Both the position numbers and the translations under genes were made by a program. Under the pieces are notes generated by a model. It was not told the origin of the DNA. It saw only the letters and a list, made by a program, of their open reading frames with translations, and ran no database searches. From Spirulina sp. (GTDB lineage: Bacteria > Cyanobacteriota > Cyanobacteriia > Phormidesmidales > Phormidesmidaceae), in assembly GCA_044070495.1 (NCBI GenBank), contig JBIPSI010000001.1, forward strand, positions 228,665 to 292,664: DNA of 64,000 bases. The letters are read 5' to 3'. This document shows, piece after piece, positions 57,890-64,000 of the stretch; the stretch's first letter is position 1; every line of letters starts with the position of its first letter.

Positions 57890-59977
57890 ATGCAAGATTT
57901 CCTAAGCCCTCTGTCCGATAGCCCCATCATTGGGTTTACGATTTTGTTGTTGGTCACCCTAACGGTGCCGCCGTTGTTTGAGCGGCTGCGACTGCCTGGA
58001 TTGGTGGGGCTGCTGGTGGCGGGGATTCTGTTGGGGCCAAGTGTGGCGGGGTTGCTCAGCCCCGATGGGGAGCTAGAAAAACTACTCTCCGATGTGGGCA
58101 AAATTTACCTCATGTTTGTGGCGGGTCTAGAAATTGACCTGCACGACTTCAAGCGCACCCGCAACCGTTCCCTGGGCTTTGGTTTAGCCACCTTCGCGAT
58201 TCCCATGGCGGCGGGAATTGCGCTGAGTCTAGCCTTTGGCTTTGGCTGGGTAAAGGCGATTCTCATCGGATCGCTGCTGGCCTCCCATACCCTGCTGGCC
58301 TATCCCATCATCATACGCCTCGGCATTGCCAAGGAAATGTCGGTGGGGGCCACGGTGGGGGCGACCATTTTTACCGACATTGGGGCGCTGATGGTGCTGG
58401 CCATGTGTGTGGCGGCCCAGATGGGCGACTTTTCGGCCCAAACCGTAGTCAGCCAGGTGTTTATGCTGGCGGCCTTTGCCCTGGTAGTGCTGGTGGGGCT
58501 AGATCGGGCCGGGAAGCGCTACTTTCATCACAACGGCGATAAGGAGGGCAATCAGTTTTTGTTTGTGATGGCAGCGGTGTTTCTGGCGGCGGTGGGGTCT
58601 GAAATTATCAATGTAGACAAGATTGTCGGAGCCTTTTTGGCGGGGTTGGCCGTTAACGATGTGGTGGGCAATGGCCCCGTTAAGGAAAAGGTGGAATTTG
58701 TGGGAGGGGTGCTGTTTATCCCCTTCTTCTTTGTGTGCATGGGGCTTTTGATCGATCTCGATTTATTTGTGGAATCGATGACCACGAACCTGGTGTTCAC
58801 CGTCGGTCTGACGGCGGCCCTGATTACCAGCAAGTTTTTAGCGGCCCTGGTGGTCAAGCCCTTCTACAACTACCGCTGGCAGCAAACCCTCACCATGTGG
58901 TCGCTTTCCCTGCCCCAGGTAGCCGCCACCCTCGCCGCTGCCCTAGTGGGGTTAGAACAGGGCATTCTTTCGCCCCTAGAATTCAATGCTGTGATCGTGA
59001 TGATGTTGGTCACCTCGGTGCTTGGCCCCCTGCTAACCGCCCGCTTCGCTGGGGGGTTGGTGGTGGCCCCCACGGCTCCCGACACGACCTCTGACTTGGC
59101 CCTATCCCAGATCATGTCAGTCTCCCCAGGCCTCCCTGAGGCCAACCTACGTCCTGCCCCTGCTAATCCTTTTGCCGTTTTGGTGCCGATTTACAATCCC
59201 ATCACCCAGCGCTATTTGATCGAAATGGCAGCGCTGTTGGCCAGCCATGAGAGGGGCCATGTTATCCCGCTAACGGTCACCCGCGCCCAGGTGCATATGG
59301 ATGAACCGGACTTGGTGACGGCCATTGGCCAGGGGCGAAAAATGCTGCAAAAGGCCGAACGCCTCAGCCAAGAATTCAATGCCCCCGCCTTTCCAGTACT
59401 GCGCATTGACGACGATGTCTCTGAGGGCATTACCCGCGCCGCCCGCGAACAAAATGCCAGCCTAATCCTGATGGGCTGGAGTCGGCGAGGGTTTCGGGCA
59501 CGGCTGTTTGGCACCCTGATTGACGATGTGTTTTGGTCGAGCCATTGTCCAGTGGCGGTGGCGCGGCTGCTGGCGGAACCCATTGATATTCACCGCATTC
59601 TTGTACCCATGAAGGCGATCACCCCTCAGGCGGTGCGCACGGCCCGATTTGCCCAGCTTTTTGCCGATACCCACACCGCCTCGGTCACCTTGCTCCATGT
59701 CCACGATCCCTACACCCCCGCCGCCACCATTGATGCCTTCAAGGCTGAACTGGCCAAGGTGATGGCCGATGGCCCCCCCGTTCCCTGGGAGGTGGAAACC
59801 CTGGCCGGAAACGACCCCGCTGAAATTATCCTCCAGGCCGCCCAAAGCCATGATTTGGTGGTACTGCGCTCCATGCGTCGCCGCACCGTAGGGGGGCTGT
59901 CGGTGAGTGATGTCACCCATCAAGTCATTGACGAGGCCACCTGCTCCCTGGTGCTGTTTGGTGAACCCCATAGTTAA
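57890..59977 (+). CDS. CPA2 cation/H+ antiporter with C-terminal USP domains (NhaS5-like)
   Basis: GILLGP, LMFVAGLE, SHT, GAFLAG, FIPFFFV.MG; two USP-like domains. Confidence 0.9.
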   Translation: MQDFLSPLSDSPIIGFTILLLVTLTVPPLFERLRLPGLVGLLVAGILLGPSVAGLLSPDGELEKLLSDVGKIYLMFVAGLEIDLHDFKRTRNRSLGFGLATFAIPMAAGIALSLAFGFGWVKAILIGSLLASHTLLAYPIIIRLGIAKEMSVGATVGATIFTDIGALMVLAMCVAAQMGDFSAQTVVSQVFMLAAFALVVLVGLDRAGKRYFHHNGDKEGNQFLFVMAAVFLAAVGSEIINVDKIVGAFLAGLAVNDVVGNGPVKEKVEFVGGVLFIPFFFVCMGLLIDLDLFVESMTTNLVFTVGLTAALITSKFLAALVVKPFYNYRWQQTLTMWSLSLPQVAATLAAALVGLEQGILSPLEFNAVIVMMLVTSVLGPLLTARFAGGLVVAPTAPDTTSDLALSQIMSVSPGLPEANLRPAPANPFAVLVPIYNPITQRYLIEMAALLASHERGHVIPLTVTRAQVHMDEPDLVTAIGQGRKMLQKAERLSQEFNAPAFPVLRIDDDVSEGITRAAREQNASLILMGWSRRGFRARLFGTLIDDVFWSSHCPVAVARLLAEPIDIHRILVPMKAITPQAVRTARFAQLFADTHTASVTLLHVHDPYTPAATIDAFKAELAKVMADGPPVPWEVETLAGNDPAEIILQAAQSHDLVVLRSMRRRTVGGLSVSDVTHQVIDEATCSLVLFGEPHS

Positions 59978-60002
59978 CCCCCATTGGGTTACAACCCCAT
60001 CT

Positions 60003-60040
60003 TTGACAGGGGGTTATTGACAGGGGGTTATTGACAGGGG
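60003..60040. repeat. Tandem repeat TTGACAGGGGGTTA x~3
   Basis: 14-bp period between convergent stops. Confidence 0.85.
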
Positions 60041-60044
60041 ATCG

Positions 60045-61304
60045 TCAACTGGGCGAATTGTCCTCGGATTGGGGCCGACCTGCCCCCAGGGCTTGGATGG
60101 ATTGGGCTAGGTCTAGCCCGGTACCCTGCTTAAGCTGCTCTAAAAAGGCGGCGAGTTTGGTGGCATTGGTGCCGCCGCTGGCGTCGATGACGGTGATCTT
60201 GTCTACCTCTACCTTGGGCACGGTATCCACCAGATCCGACAGCAAAGACTCTAGCTTTTGGAACAGGAAGATTTCCCTGGCATTGTCTCCGGCGGCTTGC
60301 CAGGTGGTGGCCAGGGCGCGTAGACCTTCGGCACGGGCGCGGCCATCTTCAATAATGCTGGCGGCGTCGCCCTTGGCTTTGGCCTGGGCTTGTTGGCAGG
60401 CGGCGACAGCAGGGGCAATCACATCGGCCTGGAGTTGTTGTTCCACCTGGTTGCGGCGTTCCCGCTGGACGGCCAGGGCGGCTTCGGTGCGGGCCACTTC
60501 GGCGGCGATTTCAGATTCAGCTTCGGAGATGGCGGCTTGGCGCTGGCTGAGGGCATTTTGCAGCCGTCGGTCGGCATCGGCGCGGGTGGTGGCCATTTTG
60601 GCCTCAATTTGGCGCAGGGAGGTGCGGCGCAGGTTTTCGGCGGCTTGCAGGGCAGACTGGGCCTTGGCTTCGGCCTCGGCAATGCGGGCATCGCGCAGCA
60701 GGTCGGCCCGCTGTTTGCGACCAATGGAGTTGAGGTAGCCCACATCGTCGGAGATGTTTTGGATTTGCAGGTTGTCCAAAATCAGCCCTAGCTGGGCCAG
60801 GTCGTCGTCGGCCTCGTCGAGTAGGTTACGTACAAAGGCCATTTTGTCCTCGTTCACCTGTTCTGGGGTGAGGCTGGCCAAGACGCCGCGCAGGTTGCCC
60901 TCTAGGGTTTCGCGGGCAATTTTCTCGATTTCTTCGCGGCTTTTGCCCAGCAGCCGCTCAATGGCGTTGTGGATGGCGGGTTCTTCCCCGGCAATTTTGA
61001 TGTTGGCCACCCCGTCCACATTCAGCGGAATGCCGCCCTTGGAATAGGCGTTGGTCACCCGCAGCTCGATGATCATGTTGGTGAGTTCCATGCGGAAGGT
61101 CTTTTCCAACAGGGGTTTACGGATGCTGCTGCCGCCCTTCACCAAGCGATAGCCCACCCGTCGCCCATCGCTGACGGTGCGCCGATCTCCGGCAAAAATC
61201 AGCACCTCACTGGGTTGACAGATGTAGTACAGGTTGCGAATGACTAGGACGAGACTGCCCGTCGCCCCAAACATAACAACCAGCAAAGCAAAAATTAGGC
61301 CCAT
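60045..61304 (-). CDS. Flotillin (SPFH) family protein
   Basis: TM, NAYSKGGIPL, ETLEGNLRGV, AEA-rich coiled coil. Confidence 0.92.
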   Translation of the reverse strand: MGLIFALLVVMFGATGSLVLVIRNLYYICQPSEVLIFAGDRRTVSDGRRVGYRLVKGGSSIRKPLLEKTFRMELTNMIIELRVTNAYSKGGIPLNVDGVANIKIAGEEPAIHNAIERLLGKSREEIEKIARETLEGNLRGVLASLTPEQVNEDKMAFVRNLLDEADDDLAQLGLILDNLQIQNISDDVGYLNSIGRKQRADLLRDARIAEAEAKAQSALQAAENLRRTSLRQIEAKMATTRADADRRLQNALSQRQAAISEAESEIAAEVARTEAALAVQRERRNQVEQQLQADVIAPAVAACQQAQAKAKGDAASIIEDGRARAEGLRALATTWQAAGDNAREIFLFQKLESLLSDLVDTVPKVEVDKITVIDASGGTNATKLAAFLEQLKQGTGLDLAQSIQALGAGRPQSEDNSPS

Positions 61305-61353
61305 GAGTCTTTCTCCAGAGAGTTCTTAGTTATTAGTTATTGGGCGTGGACTC

Positions 61354-61405
61354 GTAGGGTGCATAACGCCAAGACGAGACTAGCGTCAACGCGAAGCAAT
61401 GCACC
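61354..61405. repeat. 52-bp GTAG-REP-type repeat
   Basis: Inverted homologue of 62907-62958 and 4829-4879. Confidence 0.85.
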
Positions 61406-61451
61406 AAGCCAAGCCCCAAGGTGCATAACGTCTGCCTTCCTTGCGCATCCC

Positions 61452-62876
61452 CTATGGATCACTCGTTGGAGGTGGCATGGTTGGATCTGGCGCAGTTGGG
61501 GCCGCAGGGGAAGGAGTCATTCGGGGTCGGGTCGGCACTGGCGCGGAAGCCGCACTGCGGGTAAGGGGAATGCCCAAAATAGACTCAGACTGGTGGAGGA
61601 ACTGCTTCACCATTTCGGGGTAGGCGTTCAGCAGGGAAGCGATGGCCTTGCCGTCGCCGTTGTCGATCACGTTCACCTCGCCCAAGTGCAGCCGACCGGG
61701 GATGCGCCCCGCTTCCTGAAGCACCATTTCTAGCTGCTGCACTAGGAACAGTTCCGAGGCATCCACCCCGGTGTCTTGCCACACCCGCACCAGCAGTTCG
61801 CTGGCCTGGGCCGAGGCCTTGGCGTTTTCCTCCAAAATGGCCGAGGCACCCCTGGCCTGAAACTCCTGGGCACGACGCTGGGCCTGGGCGGGCAACACCT
61901 TTTCCACCTCCAGCCGCGCCTGTTCTAGGTTGGCGCGGATCGCTTGCAGTTCCCGCTGGGCTCTGGCCTTGGCCTCTTCGGCGGCGGCCTGGGTGCGTTC
62001 TTCTTCGATGCGGGCCTGCTTTTCCACATCGGCGGTGATGCGGCGCAGTTCGTTTTCCTTTTCCTGAATCGCCGTTAACGCCTGGGTTTGGGCCACCTCG
62101 GCCTCTCGGCTGCTATCGGCTTCAATTTGCTCGGCCTCGGCCACCGCGTTCGATTCGGCAATTTCCGCATCCTTCACCACCGTGGCAATTTGCCGCCGCC
62201 CAATGGAATTCAGATAGTCTACCTGATCCGCCACGCTCTGGATTTTCAGGGTATCCAGGTGCAGGCCCAGTTTCATCAGATCGTTGCGCACATCGCTGGC
62301 AATGCGTTCGGCAAACTGAAGCCGATCTTCGTTGAGTTGTTCCGGGGTTAGGGTCGCCACCACGCCGCGCAGGTTACCCTCCAGGGTTTCCCGCGCCACT
62401 CGCGCAATTTCCTCCCGGCCTCGGCCCAAAAAGCGCTCAATGGCGTTGCCCACCAGGGTTTCATCGCGGGCAATTTTGACGTTGGCAATGGCCTGAATAT
62501 CCAGGGGCGTTCCCCCCTTAGAGTAGGCATTGGTCACCTCAATGGGCACGGGCATGGTGGTCAAATCCATCATTCGTACCGTTTCCAAAATTGGAATGCG
62601 AAACGTGCGCCCGCCGTAGATCACCCGATAGCCCATCACCTGGCCATCGGCCCGACGATACTTACGGCCTGAAATAATCAAAATCTTGTTGGGGTCGCAG
62701 ATCTGCACCAGGGCATTTACCCCCCAAATGGTGACGAAGATCGCAAAAATGAGTACCGCAACGGCACCACCCCCCAAGGCCCGCCCCCCCGATTGCGCCA
62801 CGATTGGCCCCATCGGCCCCATCGGTAACGTTTCCGCCACCGCCACCGTCTCTAATCGATTCATCCCATCTGCCAT
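61452..62876 (-). CDS. Flotillin (SPFH) family protein, paralogue of the downstream gene
   Basis: NAYSKGGTPL, ETLEGNLRGVVA, coiled coil; GGAGAGG SD before MADGMN. Confidence 0.92.
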   Translation of the reverse strand: MADGMNRLETVAVAETLPMGPMGPIVAQSGGRALGGGAVAVLIFAIFVTIWGVNALVQICDPNKILIISGRKYRRADGQVMGYRVIYGGRTFRIPILETVRMMDLTTMPVPIEVTNAYSKGGTPLDIQAIANVKIARDETLVGNAIERFLGRGREEIARVARETLEGNLRGVVATLTPEQLNEDRLQFAERIASDVRNDLMKLGLHLDTLKIQSVADQVDYLNSIGRRQIATVVKDAEIAESNAVAEAEQIEADSSREAEVAQTQALTAIQEKENELRRITADVEKQARIEEERTQAAAEEAKARAQRELQAIRANLEQARLEVEKVLPAQAQRRAQEFQARGASAILEENAKASAQASELLVRVWQDTGVDASELFLVQQLEMVLQEAGRIPGRLHLGEVNVIDNGDGKAIASLLNAYPEMVKQFLHQSESILGIPLTRSAASAPVPTRPRMTPSPAAPTAPDPTMPPPTSDP

Positions 62877-62906
62877 AACCAACCTCTCCTAACAATTCCT
62901 AGAATT

Positions 62907-62958
62907 GGTGCATTGCTTTGCGTTGGCGCTAGCCTCGCCTTGGCGTTATGCACCCTAC
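62907..62958. repeat. 52-bp GTAG-REP-type repeat
   Basis: Inverted homologue of 61354-61405. Confidence 0.85.
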
Positions 62959-62959
62959 A

Positions 62960-63010
62960 CCGACTCCCGATTCCCGACTCCCAATTCCCGACTCCCGACT
63001 CCCAATTCCC
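62960..63010. repeat. Heptamer STRR-type repeat (CCGACTC/CCAATTC x7)
   Basis: 7-bp period; typical of filamentous cyanobacteria. Confidence 0.85.
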
Positions 63011-63618
63011 TAATCTCCCACCCCCTCCGCTGAGGCTACCCACAGCTTGCCGTGCTCCATGCCCACCACCAGGACGGCTTCACCCACGGCAAAGGCCCGT
63101 TCTTCTTGGGTGATGGCGAAATAGCTGACGGTGGAATCGCCCAGATTGAGCGCCACCTTGCCGCGACTGGCTTGGTCGAAGGGGATTTCTACCTGGCCCA
63201 CCTGGCCGATTAAAGCCTCCGGCTTCACCATGCTGCTAATGGGCTGGCGACTGAGGGAACGCAGCACCGCCGCCGCCACCCAGCCGCAGAAAATCCCCAT
63301 GCCCAACGCGATTAGTGCCGTTAGCCAAGGGGGCAGATCGGGGGTGATGAACGTCAGCAGTAGCCCGGTGAGGCCAAAAAAACAGAGGGCAAAGGTCCAA
63401 AACCGCAGACTCAGCAGCGGCAGCCACCAACGAGAACGTAGGGCGGTCAAGGTTTGGTCAATCTGGGTGCCCACGTCAATGTCGTCTACATCGGCAGGGC
63501 TCGGGGTATCTACATCAAGATCAAAGTCGGTGTCGATATCGACCCCATCGAGACCACCAATGGCGGCTAGCAATACAAAAATGCCCCCCCCAATGAAGCA
63601 CAGACCGTAAATCACCAT
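63010..63618 (-). CDS. NfeD-like membrane protein (flotillin partner)
   Basis: TM, Asp-rich loop, FWTFALCFFGLTG, C-terminal OB-fold; first gene of the nfeD-flo-flo operon. Confidence 0.85.
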   Translation of the reverse strand: MVIYGLCFIGGGIFVLLAAIGGLDGVDIDTDFDLDVDTPSPADVDDIDVGTQIDQTLTALRSRWWLPLLSLRFWTFALCFFGLTGLLLTFITPDLPPWLTALIALGMGIFCGWVAAAVLRSLSRQPISSMVKPEALIGQVGQVEIPFDQASRGKVALNLGDSTVSYFAITQEERAFAVGEAVLVVGMEHGKLWVASAEGVGD

Positions 63619-63921
63619 GGCTAGTTACCATCCTCCCGGCAACGGCTCCAGACATTTCCTGAGCACGTATCCCCAAACTCATGAGCCTTGTTTGTCAGGG
63701 TACTCTCACCCTTACCCCATGGCTGGGTTTCTTCAAGAATTCATAGGAATCGTGACGTAATAAGACGTAATCAAACGTGCCGATGAATCGTGTTGCTGGA
63801 GAAGCGTAACCGTTCTGCACGGTTTGCCGTCTGAGCCGCTCAGCCCAGCGAGAACTGCTAGGCTCAGTAGATCACAAACTCATGTGGATATCGGTAGATA
63901 GACAGCCTGGGCGAGGGGGAA

Positions 63922-64000
63922 ATGTCGTTCAATGACTTGGCGGATGAAGGAGAGCATGGTTTTGAGTGGGAAACGCTCTCGAAAGACCCGTCTGCCGCCT
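63922..64000 (+). CDS. Possible 5' end of a gene leaving the window (ATG at 63922 or, in another frame, 63956)
   Basis: Both frames are open to the window edge with purine-rich upstream motifs; cannot decide. Confidence 0.3.
   Translation, partial: MSFNDLADEGEHGFEWETLSKDPSAA

Overview
GC-rich chromosomal window from a filamentous cyanobacterium (Leptolyngbya/Nodosilinea-like). The lineage is inferred from sasA, pedR, cyanobacterial rpoZ, pentapeptide, DUF4912/DUF1818-type genes and STRR/SDR-type repeats. Most of it is housekeeping or ordinary: copZ-copA, glpK, a GH57 glycoside hydrolase, hisS, hisC, family-4 UDG, a HAL2-like phosphatase, a K+ channel, a cation/H+ antiporter and an nfeD-flotillin-flotillin operon. 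Less ordinary parts: (1) a chemosensory cluster (double CheW, MCP, dual-Hpt CheA, CheB, no CheR) followed by a MASE1-GGDEF cyclase; (2) an AT-richer locus at ~26-28.7 kb with an HTH + degenerate sigma-like fusion divergent from nfeD and an unannotated tail-anchored microprotein; (3) a lone signal-peptide microprotein carrying a DUF928-like 'PGRRQGGGT' motif; (4) a probable sRNA with tandem anti-SD motifs upstream of the antiporter; (5) a leaderless MerR-HTH/vWA operon; (6) nested non-autonomous elements, where MITE shells with different terminal inverted repeats enclose shared REP/SDR cores. No CRISPR array, tRNA, rRNA, transposase or integrase was seen. All product calls come from motif recognition by eye; no database search was run.
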